Notes: a model not told the origin generated them from the sequence alone. Shown: positions 11,581 through 24,789, numbered from the whole stretch's first letter. The stretch is 62,970 nucleotides of DNA, filler included, from Nemertoderma westbladi (GCA_032718475.1; 3 parts of 3 records of this genome joined end to end with filler, not necessarily neighbours in it); one strand, 5' to 3'. Numbers and translations: made by a program.

Positions 11581-12978
11581 TAATTGCCCACTTTGCAAAT
11601 CTGTGCCAAACAAAAGTTATAGTGATTTGTTGGTACTGTTAGAAAGCTGGCCTTGGAAGGATTCGAAATATGTTACATAATCTGAATTTCGTTGAAAAAA
11701 GCTGAGAATTATTAATTATTGTATGTATGTTCATTATTTTCATTGTTTTATTATTTACCATATCATAAAAGGTATATAAATCAAAATATTTTTTACACTG
11801 TTTATGTATTTATTGGTAATTATTAAAAGGTATCATTATTATATTACAGTACAAATAATTATTAGCACAGTAAAATTAGTTATTACTTTATTAAGATATT
11901 AAAAAACCGAGTAAATTTCGCCCTAATGGCTCTTCAGCAGTAAAATAATTTAGATGGCCATTCAAAAAAAATTAATTTAATAATTATTTACTTTTTACAT
12001 TTAATAAATTATTTTACTGTGCTAATAAAATATAATTATTTTTACTGTAATATAATGATACATATTATTAATTTTAATAATAACTAAAGAAAACTGAAAC
12101 TGGCTACAATATACTTTCATTTATATTGTTTACATCGGTTGTCAGCTTAATTCAATAACATTCTGCAATATTCTTAATTATAAGTAACAATTAGTTTACA
12201 GCATATTATTAATAATATTACAGCATGTTTCTTAGCTGCATATCTTATGTTTTAATTGTTTGATTTTAATTCAATTACTTAACGATTGATCACAAACCCA
12301 CAAATTCCCCTTATCCCCTTATCCACAGTCAAAGTGTACACTCTCCTATAATACTAAATATATTTCGGAAAATTGTTTTTGTAACAACTGCCACGCGCAA
12401 GAACTATCTTACTCGCTCACACAGTAACTTGGTTTATTACAGTTTAAAGTCCTGGGTTTGCCCGTCATATCTATATATCCACGCTTAGAACCAATTTATT
12501 GCAATTCCATAAAAATGTACATGATAACAAAGATATCTCACCTTATATCGTGTTTGCTAGTTAAAAATATTATTTTTGTTGTTGACATTTCAGTGGCTCG
12601 TTTAAATACGTGGCTATAGAGGACTTTGTAGTTAACCACTCCTAACAAACTCTACATTATTCTTTTAAATACATACAATGTGTCATCTTGTAACATTTAA
12701 AAAAGATGCCTTATTTCGATTTAGTTAGAAAATGTCTTTCTGAATATATACGTTTAAATACGATAATGAAAGAGTGAGGATTCCTTCTTAAATTTTTATA
12801 AACTGAACAATTTTCCAAATAATCGAACATTTATAGTTTCTTTCTGTCCCAGTTTTGTATGCTCAAAGCTAACTAATTATACTCACCTCAAAATGACAGA
12901 ATATGGTACCGGTATGCCTGCGCTTCACTTAACTAATTAACTATCATACTGATCATATACCTATTATAATACATATTC

Positions 12979-13125
12979 ATGGCATATGATTGGCTAAACA
13001 TCGGAGAAGACGTGACATGTTTCTTTTGTTCTCTCAATGAAGATAATGAACCATGTAATGTTTGCCGAGAAGTTCATCGGTTGTCCTCTTGGGCTCTTGA
13101 CCAATCAGCTCCAATAAAGAAAGAG
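12979..13125 (+). CDS. Probable first coding exon of a host gene (49 aa, CxxC-x8-CxxC motif)
   Basis: MAYDWLNIGEDVTCFFCSLNEDNEPCNVCREVHRLSSWALDQSAPIKKE followed by consensus donor GAG|GTAAGT, phase 0. Confidence 0.55.
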
Positions 13126-13772
13126 GTAAGTAGACTACTACTTAAACAGACTGCATAAAATCCACTATTATTCGTTTGATTGTGTAATTGATAGGAGGCC
13201 TCCGTACCAAATACTACCAACCCGTTCTATCTATATAATAGATTTTAAGGACGGTTTGTATCTATTCTTGCATGTCTGTATGCTTCCATGTACGTACACA
13301 AATCTACAAAAACATCTGGGAGGTGCACCAGGTTGGATTTGAACCATAGTCCTAATCGATTGTTGGTTTATCTATCTGTTTACAATATCAACTTTTGTTG
13401 CAGTTATCGCAAGGTTATTGTCAACTTATTTAGGGTTGTAATAGGCTTATTGTACCGTATTATATAGAATTGAGTTAAGTATTCGATTAGGGCACCAGGC
13501 CGCTCTCTGCCGTGCAATCGATTCATCATATAAACTGTAGGATGTACAGGGTCGGATTATGGGTACAGATGCGGCTGGCGGGGGCCCGAAAGTTGGGATA
13601 GATTTGCCGAACATTATCTCATTGATTACAACCTTATTTATTTCTTTATTACTGACTGATCAATAAATATTTGTTTCTCACAACTAATACGAGTTCGTGC
13701 AGCAGAACTGCAAGCTTCTCATTGCACAAGAGTTGCATCAAATCTATATATATTTTTTATTCCTTAGACTAG

Positions 13773-15267
13773 ACATCCTCTACCGCAGTGCTGACACATC
13801 CTCTACCGCAGTGCTGACACATCCTCTACCGCAGTGCTGACACATCCTCTACCGCAGTGCTGACACATCCTCTACTGCTTACACATCCTCTACCGCAGTG
13901 CTGACACATCCTCTACTGCTTACACATCCTCTACCGCAGTGCTGACACATCCTCTACTGCTTACACATCCTCTACTGCCTACACATCCTCTACTGCTTAC
14001 ACATCCTCTACTGCTTACACATCCTCTACTGCCTACACATCCTCTACTGCTTACACATCCTCTACTGCTTACACATCCTCTACTGCTTACACATCCTATA
14101 CTGCTTACACATCCTCTACCGCAGTGCTGACACATTCTCTAACGCAGTACTGACACATCCTCTACCGCAGTGCTGACACATCCTCTACTGCTTACACATC
14201 CTCTACCGCAGTGCTGACACTTTCTCTAACGCAGTGCTGACACATCCTTTACCGCAGTGCTGACACATCCTCTACTGCTTACACATCCTCTACCACAGTG
14301 TTGACACTTTCTCTAACGCAGTGCTGACACATCCTCTACCGCAGTGCTGACACATCCTCTACTGCTTACACATCCTCTACCGCAGTGCTGACACATTATC
14401 TAACACAGTGCTGACACATCCTCTACCGCAGTGCTGACACATCCTCTACTGCTTACACATCCTCTACCGCAGTGTTGACACTTTCTCTACCGCAGTGCTG
14501 ACACATCCTCTACTGCTTACACATCCTCTACCGCAGTGCTGACACTTTCTCTAACGCAGTGCTGACACATCCTCTACCGCAGTGCTGACACATCCTCTAC
14601 TGCTTACACATCCTCTACCGCAGTGTTGACACTTTCTCTAACACAGTGCTGACACATCCTCTACCGCAGTGCTGACACATCCTCTACTGCTTACACATCC
14701 TCTACCGCAGTGCTGACACTTTCTCTAACGCAGTGCTGACACATCCTCTACCGCAGTGCTGACACATCCTCTACTGCTTACACATCCTCTACCGCAGTGC
14801 TGACACTTTCTCTAACGCAGTGCTGACACATCCTCTACCGCAGTGCTGACACATCCTCTACTGCTTACACATCCTCTACCGCAGTGCTGACACATCCTCT
14901 ACTGCTTACACATCCTCTACCGCAGTGCTGACACATCCTCTACTGCTTACACATCCTCTACCGCAGTGCTGACACATTCTCTAACGCAGTGCTGACACAT
15001 CCTCTACTGCTTACACATCCTCTACCGCAGTGCTGACACATCCTCTAACGCAGTGCTGACACATCCTCTACTGCTTACACATCCTCTACCGCAGTGCTGA
15101 CACATCCTCTAACGCAGTGCTGACACATCCTCTACTGCTTACACATCCTCTACCGCAGTGCTGTCACATCCTCTACCGCAGTGCTGACACATCCTCTACT
15201 GCTTACACATCCTCTACCGTAGTGCTGACACTTTCTCTAACGCAGTGCTGACACATCCTCTACCGCA
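13773..15267. repeat. 1.5-kb minisatellite of interleaved 23-bp (ACACATCCTCTACCGCAGTGCTG) and 18-bp (ACACATCCTCTACTGCTT) units
   Basis: Read directly; a variant unit ACACTTTCTCTAACGCAGTGCTG recurs periodically. Confidence 0.97.
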
Positions 15268-15299
15268 TGCTCTGCTACTCCATGCTACTCCATGCTCTG

Positions 15300-16563
15300 T
15301 GGAAATCAGAATGGGTTCCGTAAAGGTCGTGGGACCATGTAGCCCATTTTGGCACTTAGAAGGATAATTGAAGAATTATCAAAAAAGAAAGACAGGCATC
15401 TGGCTGTTATCTTTGTTGACTTCTTCAAGGCCTTTGATTCAGTCTCTCGCTCACGTATGTTCAGCATACTTTCATTATATGGGATTCCTGATGAAATTAT
15501 TGCAGCAATCAGATCAGTATACGATGGTTCGACAACATTTGTGTCTACTGTTGACGGTGACACAGAACCATTTGAAGTGTTATGGGGCGTCCTCCAAGGA
15601 GACACACTTGCACCTTTCTTGTTCATTATTGTGGTTGACTATGTTCTACGCATGTCCTTAGATCATCATAATGATGATGGGGTGATGATAACTCCACCTA
15701 CTGGCTCCAGAAGTCGAGGAAATCCTGCCAAGTACCTAACTGATCTAGACTTTGCTGATGACTTAGGAGTACTCTCAGAATCACTAGAGGGAGCCCAACG
15801 GCTCCTCAGCTCATTAGAACATGCTGCTTCTAGTGTTGGTCTTTTTATTAACTCCAGAAAAACCAAAATTTTGACAGTTAACTTTGAAAGTCCTCAGCAA
15901 GTCTCTGATCGGATGAGCATAAGCTCAAAGGATGGTATGCTTGAGCATGTGGACGACTTCTGTTACCTGGGATCATGGATCCGGAAGTCAGGTGAGGACC
16001 TTCGAATACGTAAGGGAAAGGCATGGGCAGCCTTGAATAGGCAGGCTTTCCAGGATTTGGAAGTCACCGAGAATTAATCGGAAACTTACGGTCCGATTAT
16101 TTAGAGCAGCAGTAGTTCCAGTACTCCTCTACGGGAGTCCATGCTGGGCTCTAACTGCTGAGGACACCAAATCTCTGGATGGCACATTCACAATAATGCT
16201 ACGCCGGGTTCATTGTGTCAAGTACAATGCACACATCTCCAACCAGACACTATATAACATTGGAGGTGTCTCATTGGTTCCCCCAAGAACAAAATCGCCT
16301 CCGCTTTGCAGGACATTGCTTTCGCCGTGAGGACCAGCCAGTGCATAATCTTGTACTTTGGCAGCCTCATGGAGTGAATAAGCATGGTGGACAGCCAATG
16401 ACTTTCTTGAGACGCATCTTAAAGGACACTGGAATTGAAGATGCGGATGATCTAGCAAATGTCATGGGTGATAGGGAGTTGTGGCGGTGCAATTTTGTTG
16501 ACAAGCCGGCACAGCATTCTTAAAAAGTGCAGCTGCCAATGCAGCATGCCGATCCTAGTAGTG
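15300..16563 (+). mobile_element. RTE-clade LINE family B, 5'-truncated
   Basis: NQNGFR, FVDFFKAFDS, GVLQGDTLAPFLF, DLDFADD, YLGSW, RFAGHCFR; ends GCCGATCCTAGTAGT. Confidence 0.93.
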
Positions 16564-16760
16564 TTTTCGATGTTCGAGTCAAAGCAATTAATTCGCCACA
16601 ATGGGTGGAGTAAGTTCTAATACCGGTAATATAGTGAGGTTTAACACATACTTATTCTGGTGCTTTTCTATATCCGGGTCGGCTAAACACTTATTTACAG
16701 TGCGGTGCGACAGAAATTATACTCCCCATAGGAAACTGAACTCATTTAAATACCATTTAA

Positions 16761-17340
16761 GGGGGGGGGGGGGGTAACTCACCCCCCACCCCCCCCCCCC
16801 CCCCCCCCACTATGAACCTTTTTTTTTAATGGCTGCCAATTAGTGCGAAATGATAATATTGCTATTCTGTCATGGCCAACCACTGTATGGAAGGCCAATT
16901 AGCCTCTATACTGTAGGAAAATTTGAAAATTTATTGCCCCCCCGCCCCTCCCCCTAGCGGCTGGCGGCGGAATTTAAGATGTCACTAAAATTGCTACTAC
17001 AGTCCCTCAATCTTGGTCCAAATTTCTTGAAACCAACTTTTTTGGACTCAGCGTCATCGACGCTCATCATCAACTCAGAGTTATCTTTTCGAATTTTTAT
17101 TTAGCCATTTTTATGTAATGAATTAATTTATTAATTAATTATCATATTTTCAATTAAAATTGGCTAATTAGCACAAATGGTTATATTTATCAAAATTGCC
17201 ATAAGATAACTTTTAAAGAGCTTCCAAAGCTCGTTCGAATGAGCCAAAAACGAGGAAAATTGGTTGAAAAATGACGGAGGAGTAGTAATTTGAAAATGAA
17301 AAATGTCATTCCGAGAAAATGCCCTTCAAAGTTTAAACCA
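16761..17340 (-). mobile_element. Non-autonomous DNA-transposon end, probably Kolobok-related
   Basis: Starts TTAA|GGG; internal motifs CAGCGTCATCGAC and GAGAAAATGCCCTTCAAAGTT resemble the reverse complement of the Kolobok right arm (30150-30270); boundaries uncertain. Confidence 0.35.
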
Positions 17341-17721
17341 TGACCTACTTACTAGGTACTATAGATATATATTATAGTAGGTCATGTTTAAACATTCCCG
17401 CCAAAATTGGCTGTATGTGTTCTGGTTCGTTAAATTATTTCTGGCACGAATGATGCACACCACCGAGCTAAAATATTCATTACGGGGTTTTCGGGTCGCT
17501 CGGGTCAGTTTTAATTTTTGGTGGAATCTAATCTATCTGTCTGTCTGTCGGTCTTCTGTCTTTCTTACTATTTGACGGACAGACCGTCATACGGATAAAC
17601 AGTGATAACTCGAGAACTGAAAGAGGTCTCACTAAGCGGTTCTTCAGATTTGTAATCCTCATTAAATTCTGCACTAGATGAAATAAAGAAACAACAATTT
17701 GAAAATGTGACCTGAGGGGGG

Positions 17722-17766
<45 letters not shown>

Positions 17767-19335
17767 TTTAAGGATGCAAGGCAGAGAGATAAGCCGTGGT
17801 TAGTCCATATAAAACATTGGTGCCGAAACGAAAATTCCACTGGCCCAAATGCGGGATAGATCCCCCCATAACCTCCGGACAGTGTGAATTCAAGGAATCA
17901 ATTACGACTACGTCAAGGTGGAACTTGTGCTTAATGTGGTCCGCGCCGTGTGTGTTGCGCTGGTTCTGGTAGTGTCGTTCCATTGTTGGACTGTTGTTGT
18001 TCATTGACTGTTAGTTTATCAAATGTAAAACATGTAAACCAGACTACAGTAATGGATGATGGTCTGAAGTAGTGCTGGTTGTGTCTGAGGCACTACTGGA
18101 GGTTTAACAACGAGTATATATTCCATTCCAATAAGATTGGTTGTTGTTGTATACGTACTACCATTGCGTATTGTACAGTGCCACACCTTTAACAGCCCAT
18201 AGGATGTGCTCTGAACAGGTACAGTAGTTATATTACAGCAGAATAATCGTATGTTACTGATAGCCAGTAGGACTTAGTAGGTTTGCCAACTGGTGTAATT
18301 GTAATGTAGCAAGTTAGAGTGTTCCGTATATGACACACAGCAAGTTTAGAGATATGAATTCGGCATTAGCTAATCTATTTTGTAATAATAATAGCTCCAA
18401 GTAGTTTGAACTTTGTACATTATTATAACGTTTCACATACATTTTATAATAAGTGTGGTGTTACAGTATTTGCGGAATAACTGCAATACTACCAATAAAT
18501 TGTATTTAATTCGTCCTCTTACTACAGTAGGCCAATACCGTACAAAAGCAGTTATCGAAATGGCGAACTCTCTTGGACTTCTATTTCTATTCAAAACGAA
18601 ATATAAATAATATAATCAAACTATCCAATATACATTATGTTTATCGTTTAATTATTTATTAGTTATATTATGTATTACGATCAATAATTGAACATCTTAC
18701 ATTTTTGTCTATATATTTTCGCTATTATTTAATTATCGTTATAAGCTACAGTAGTTTTGCAGTGTCCATACTTACACTGTTGTCGCTGTAAGTTGGATGC
18801 TTATTGTATATGATGGCACATAGCATTCGAGTATGGGATCTTATAGACCATATGGTAGGTAACTATAGAAACCAGCCAAAGCGAAGTCTATGTTGGTGTT
18901 TGAGTGGGTCATGTACATTCTGAATGTACCTGTTTTTTTTTGTCGGGTGAGAACTCGGACCGAGAATGAAAATTCGGTCCGAGATCTCGGGCAGAATTCT
19001 CATTGACTTTTGGCACCAACGGCGGACTTTAACTTGGCATAAACAGCAACGGTGGCTGGTGTCCCTGTAATGGGACTACCCGACTAGCCATACCGACTAC
19101 ATTATTAACTGTTTTAATTAATCGTGTCAATTTAAGATCCAATTTGTAGTAATTCTTATTATTAATAATAATAAATAAAATAAAATTAGAAGTGGGTGAT
19201 TAAAAATAGTGACTGACAAAGATTTAAAATAGTGTAAATAAATTGTTTTTAGTGAATTGCAAAATATAATGAAAAATGATTTAAACTAGTGAAACGGAAA
19301 TAACTTGCACCTATTTTTACTTACTTTGTCTACAG

Positions 19336-19480
19336 GCATGGAAGAGCTCTAACCAAGGACCAGCAGTTATTGTTGAACAAACGCCTTTTACTGATAACGT
19401 AAAACACGGAACATATGATGAATCTGAGGTGATGGTTCACTACAGTCCAGATGAGACACCAATAGATTCATCAGAGGAGA
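19336..19480 (+). CDS. Probable internal coding exon (phase-compatible with exon 12979-13125)
   Basis: Acceptor tttttacttactttgtctacag|, open frame AWKSSNQGPAVIVEQTPF...DSSEE, donor |GTAAGT at 19481. Confidence 0.45.
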
Positions 19481-19539
19481 GTAAGTTGATAAAAATATCC
19501 AAAAATTCAATGTTGGTTAACTCGCTCAACAATGAGGCT

Positions 19540-19751
19540 GAAAGAGAGTGGGTAGCTTTGGGACTGGGAGTGGAAGGAAAACCAATGGAGGCAAAAAAAA
19601 GGGTGGGTAGCTTTGGAACTGGGAGTGAAGGAAAACCAATGGAGGCAGAAAGAGGGTGGGGAGCTTTGGGACTGGAGTGAGTGGAAGGAAAACCAATGGA
19701 AGCAGAAAGAGGGTGGGCAAGCTTGGGACTGGGAGTGGAAGGAAAACCAAT
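19540..19751. repeat. ~60-bp purine-rich tandem repeat, ~3.5 copies
   Basis: GAAAGAGGGTGGGTAGCTTTGGGACTGGGAGTGGAAGGAAAACCAATGGAGGCA repeated with variants. Confidence 0.8.
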
Positions 19752-19848
19752 CGAATGATAGGCCTAACCAACATACTATATAGCATGTCCTGGAATGAAG
19801 TCATTTTTGAGGTAATGTAAAAGTGTCACTTTCCATCAATCAAAAATA

Positions 19849-19948
19849 NNNNNNNNNNNNNNNNNNNNNNNNNNNNNNNNNNNNNNNNNNNNTTAATTAA
19901 TTAANNNNNNNNNNNNNNNNNNNNNNNNNNNNNNNNNNNNNNNNNNNN
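19849..19948. other. Artificial contig linker N44-TTAATTAATTAA-N44
   Basis: Six-frame stop linker flanked by Ns; identical to 50009-50108. Confidence 0.97.
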
Positions 19949-20119
19949 CTTAGATTCAGTTTTAATTTGGGTTTCGGGCCGCCATTTCACTTTGAATTAG
20001 GGTTTCTGACCACCACTCTCGTAATCTGGGATGAAAATGCTTTGGGAGGGGGGAGTTGGGGGTGTTGTATATGGCGCTAGGCGAAAATGCCCGGGGCGCA
20101 ATCATTTTCGCCTGTGACA

Positions 20120-20240
20120 CCGGTAGAAAGCTCGGTGTTTGTCTGTGTTGTCTCCAACTGATGTTTACGGCTGCCCTTAGTCTTGTGTAGCAACCATAAA
20201 TTCGTTGTTCAAGTGAATTCGTCAGTGTCCAGGTCACACG
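20120..20240 (-). mobile_element. RTE family A short fragment
   Basis: TWTLTNSLEQRIYGCYTRLRAAVNISWRQH matches the family A protein at 31703-32296. Confidence 0.75.
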
Positions 20241-20427
20241 TACCCCCGTTAAAAAATACTGTACTACTTAAACTCAAACAATACCAGAGGATTTTTGGAA
20301 TCCCGCTGGCTACTACTAGATTGACACTGGTTTTGCATAGGTAGGCTTGCATTAATGCAGACTTGCATTAAAGTCTCCCAGGAATGTTAAGAATGCATGC
20401 TGATCCACTCCATCAGTAGCTCATATA

Positions 20428-21190
20428 TCATAGACAAACGACAGCAGACAACCGACTGAAAACAAATGACGACAGATAACCAACAGCAGACAGTAAACAA
20501 CCCACAGCAGACAACCGGCAGCAAACAAATGACAACAGATAAGCGACTGCAGACAGTAAACAACCGACAGCAGACAACCGACAGCAAAATAACGACGACC
20601 GTTAACCGACAGCGGACAGTAAACAACCGACTGAAAACAAACGACAATAGTTAACCGACAGCAGATAGTAAACAACCGACAGCAGACAACCGACAGCAGA
20701 CATACGACAACAGATAACCGACAGCACACAGTAAACAACCGACTTCACGCCCATGTAAAGAATATATATATATATATATTATTGGAAAATTAAATATGAA
20801 GAATTTGTCATTTCTACATTTATTCTTAAAGTATTTTATAGCGCTTATATATATGCTGTCACATGTCTGCTGTCGGTTGTGTTTGTATGCTGTCGTTGTA
20901 CGCTGTCTGTTGTCGGTTGTCTGCTTTCGGTTGTCAGCTGTCGGTTGTATGTTGTCGGAAGTGCGCTGTCGGTTGTCTGTTGCCTGCTCTCGGTTGTCTG
21001 CTGCTGTTTGTTGACGGTTGTTGACGTTGGTTGTCTGCTGTCGATTGGCTGCTATAGGTTATTTACTTTGGTTGTCTGCTGTCGGTTGTCACCTGTCGGT
21101 TGGCTGCTGTCGGTTATTTACCTTGGTTGTCTGCTATCGAGTGACTGTTGTGTGCTGTCGGCAGTCGGTGGTCTGCTGTATGCGTAACCT
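20428..21190. repeat. Foldback-like element: two oppositely oriented arrays of ACAACCGACAGCAG around an AT-rich core
   Basis: Plus array ~20430-20743, AT-rich core ~20750-20855, reverse-complement array ~20860-21180. Confidence 0.7.
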
Positions 21191-22478
21191 TTACATCCTT
21201 CCGACACTGACTAGCTGTTGTAGTTAATTTTTGTGAGTCGGGACTGTCAGCTGGCTGCTAGTTAGTTCACGAGATAGAAGGCAAAAATTATAATGTGCCA
21301 AAATACATCAGAGAGAAAAATAATGTAAATTATTATATTTTTTATAACAATATATAATGTATATTGTATATGATTAACGTTGTATGTATATTACAGTGTA
21401 TACTACATGCAATAACACATCACTGTAAAATAAAGTTATATTATTGATCCATTTTTTTGCTTCTGTGCTATGCTGTGAAGCAATTAATCCTAATGAAATG
21501 TATTATTCATGTTAATTATACTCTCGACATGTGGTATCAGTTAAGTCCTTCTGCACAGTGAGGATTACTCTAACTCTATATTGCCTAAACCACTACAACT
21601 GTATGGTAAATTGGTTATGAGATTGTAGAAGTTGGGAGTAGGTGACTCATCAGTCCATTCAATATTAGGCTGGAGAGAGAGGCCGCTTTCAGATGTCCTG
21701 AATCCAATAATGGTGGCAACCGTTTTTCCCTTAGTTGTTGCTTTAATTCAAATTTTTCAGATTGAAAAATTCCCGTTTTGGATTTCTCATTATTTGTGTC
21801 ACCTTCACATGCTATTGTGTTGAACCATTAATATTATATACCTACATTGAACCATTTTGGTCAGGTCAGGGTGCCCAGATCGGCCGCCACTATGGCAGTA
21901 ATTTTGACTACCTGTAGCTGTTTAAGGGAACCAGTACGTGGTTGAGGTCTAAAAAAACGATTTTGGGTTTTTCATCATTTCTAAATCAGAATTTCATGGA
22001 GATTCTAAAAATCAAACTTTTGTTTCAATAGCATTTATAGTTCACGAGAAATTTTGCATTTTGTTACGGTTAGTCAAAAGAATAATTTCGTAATTCAGCC
22101 CATTCTGATAATTTTTCATTTCATTTTTGTAATAATTGACTCCACAGCAGGCAATTATTGTAGTTTACACATGGTACATATATCATAAGTCTTAGAGGGA
22201 AATTTGAACTAGGTTACATATAGGCTATACAGCTATAAGTGTGCCGGTATCATTCTGTCATTGTTGTCTAATGCTGTCAGGCTGTTTGTAACTTCAATTT
22301 CGGGGAATTTATTGTTGTTACTCTAAATATATGTGACACAATGAATGTTTTGCTATCCTGCAATGTAGGTTCGCTTTTACTAGGTTTGTAGTAAGTCTTA
22401 TGAGATTAGCTAAGTTAGGCCTATAACACAGTACCGGTAATTTACCGGTAATCTGAATTACTTATAAAGCTGTATAGA

Positions 22479-23037
22479 TGTGACGGGATCCAAGGAGGAT
22501 CCCGGTTTATCCGCGGTTATTGCAAGCACGCGTCCCCGCCGTTCGTATGTGAAAAGAGTTCGAGAGTTCTGATGTTATTAGTTCTCCGATGTATGTATAA
22601 TATAAATGTTAAGATGGATATAGTATAAATGGATAGATGGCAATTGAAGTACTAATAATATATACAAATAATGGTGGTACGAGGCGAGGACGGTCTTAGA
22701 AGACTCCGCTCTACCCTAGCTAACCGACTAACACAAATGAGATAACTGAATAACTGATTACTGATACCTAATAATATATTGCACGGTTTGGCCGTTGTTA
22801 CAGTACCTAGCCGGTGCCTTCCCCCCATTGGCTGATATCCCTGTTGGCGCCCTTTAGAGTGTTTCCCCTCACTCCTGCTATTCTCTCTCTGTCAGGGGTG
22901 TGGCCCCTGACCCCTATTGTGTGTTTCTCCTTCCCACTTTGTTGGGGTGGCACGAGGTTGGGTAACCAACCTCGTGGCCCCCAATATTGCTTAACGGCTT
23001 ACTTTGTGGGGTGTTAGCGGAATTGAATAAGCTAACA
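22479..23037 (-). mobile_element. 3' LTR of a BEL/Pao retrotransposon (~559 bp)
   Basis: TG...CA termini; polypurine tract GGGGGGGAG at 23038-23046 (minus) directly abuts it. Confidence 0.8.
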
Positions 23038-23774
23038 CTCCCCCCCATGCTATCTTCCCGGTGAGAAGATAGCATCCTCCTCAAGTGCGCTACAATTCCG
23101 CTGGATCCCGATCTAGTATCGGGTGTGGGGTGGAATTATTTTCTCTCGGAGCCGGCTTTCCAGGCCGCTCCCTATGGGTATGATAATGCTACCCGGTTCG
23201 CCTGGCGTCCCATGTCGGGCCGATCGTGCGCTCCTCTCACACGACTTTTGTTTCCCCAACACTTTCGCCACTTTAACTCCACTCTGTTCTCACCCTGACT
23301 CTCCTCTACTTCTCCTCTCTTTCGCTCTAACTCTCGGACTTCCCTGTCCCTCATTCAGCCTCCTATCCTCCCCCCCCCCCCACACTTGAATTGCATCCGC
23401 ACTCGCTCCGCACTCCGCACTATTACTCTGTCTCTCGACCCCTCTTTGGCTAACCTCCTCATCTCTGACGAGCCCCATCCCCCTCTCCTGTGCCGTCGCA
23501 CTCAGGAAATGTGAAGTCATCTAGTGCCTCGTTCGTCATAGTCAGTCCTCCCCGGTCCAGTAGCTAATTGGGAAAAGGTTGAATGACTATAGTACTTACT
23601 TCGAATGTATATTCTCGTAGATTTCTGATTGCTACGTACGTACATACAAATTGCACTTATTTGATTATTTAGATTACTTGAATTTGTACTTAATAGTTCG
23701 CACGTCTCACGTGGCGCCTTCCAGGCGTACCACATCGAAGTCTCAGTTTATCCCTCCTGACTTTGGGAACCACC

Positions 23775-24335
23775 TCAAGTCTTTTCCTTTGCCGCCGTCG
23801 GCCCATCCTTCTTCCCATACGTTCCCAGGTCAAATAGGAAAATGTCCCCATTTGGCGCGGCCAAATGTAGGAGTATGGTCCTGGCCGATCCTGCCGATCT
23901 TCTCCTTGAACCCTCCTCGTCTTCCACGGTCCCTTCGTCGTCTAGGATCATGTATCCTCCCCTGTTGACAGACTCTATGAACCTCTTCCAATCTTTCCTC
24001 GGTGACTCTCTCGCGTACTTCGGAATCCCGAACTTCGCCTCGTCTCCTTTCACCACGTAGTGGAAATGCTCGAAGATCGCATTGTCCAGCGACGGCGTCC
24101 CGTAGGTCCCGACCAGCCGCTGTTCATGCATCTCCCTGAAGTGGTCCTGTAGCGCTCGTGCTGCGTGACCCTTTCCTAACCGGTCGTAGTATCCCCTCGT
24201 CCTCTCTTCCGGATGCCTCTTGGTGAAATCCACCAGTATCTCCTTTCCTCCTGACTCCGCCTTTCTCTTCCTGATCAGTTTCCCCGCCATTTCGAACTCT
24301 CCCGATCGCTCACCTATAAGGTGGTGCCTTACCAA
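23775..24335 (-). CDS. Extra ORF of the BEL element; partial DEDDy (RNase D/WRN-type) 3'-5' exonuclease-like
   Basis: YMILDDEG (ExoI DxE) followed by ILLHLAAPNGDIFLFDL; lies between integrase and PPT/3' LTR, same strand; truncated before ExoII/III. Confidence 0.55.
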   Translation of the reverse strand: MVRHHLIGERSGEFEMAGKLIRKRKAESGGKEILVDFTKRHPEERTRGYYDRLGKGHAARALQDHFREMHEQRLVGTYGTPSLDNAIFEHFHYVVKGDEAKFGIPKYARESPRKDWKRFIESVNRGGYMILDDEGTVEDEEGSRRRSAGSARTILLHLAAPNGDIFLFDLGTYGKKDGPTAAKEKT

Positions 24336-24789
24336 GGCACAGTATAAGTGAGTGATGCAGCTAGGATGGTCTGTACGGTCCGATAATGGCCTATTCCTTA
24401 TCTAATTTTGCCTTATAGCCTAAATTCCTACTACTTAATTTTGAAGCTACTTAATGTACCCTAATTTGCAATTTTGTCAGTTACTTTTATTATGTTCCAG
24501 AATAATCTCCCTACTGTTACCATAATTTGTAACTTTTTAGCCCTATTCTTATTTTATTTATTTAATTTTTTTTTTAATTTAATTCTACTGTGCTACTACT
24601 TACTATTACCTATGGATTATTCTAGTTCATAATCCACATTCTGACCTACTCTATGGGCCTGTGCAGTACAGCAGTATATGTCGCGTGGCCTACACGATCT
24701 ATCCAACTGTACTCATATGCCCCCCCCTCGCTACTAACTGCTAACTAATATCCATATTATACATATCCCTTCTACCCCTATTACTAATC

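Noticed and set aside
13773-15267. CRISPR-like or telomere-like array
   Set aside because: No unique spacers, no cas genes, eukaryotic context; units are not a simple telomeric repeat
17722-17766. Long poly-C/G runs (also near 5169, 16761, 49435, 50503) as G-quadruplex elements or poly-Gly/Pro ORFs
   Set aside because: Common homopolymers of unreliable length in this assembly
19893-19904. TTAATTAATTAA palindrome, repeated at 50053-50064
   Set aside because: Artificial linker; no synteny can be inferred across it, so the inverted placement of the two structured-RNA copies is meaningless
20387-21227. Cys/Val-rich ORFs (VVCCRL repeats)
   Set aside because: Translations of the 14-bp foldback arrays
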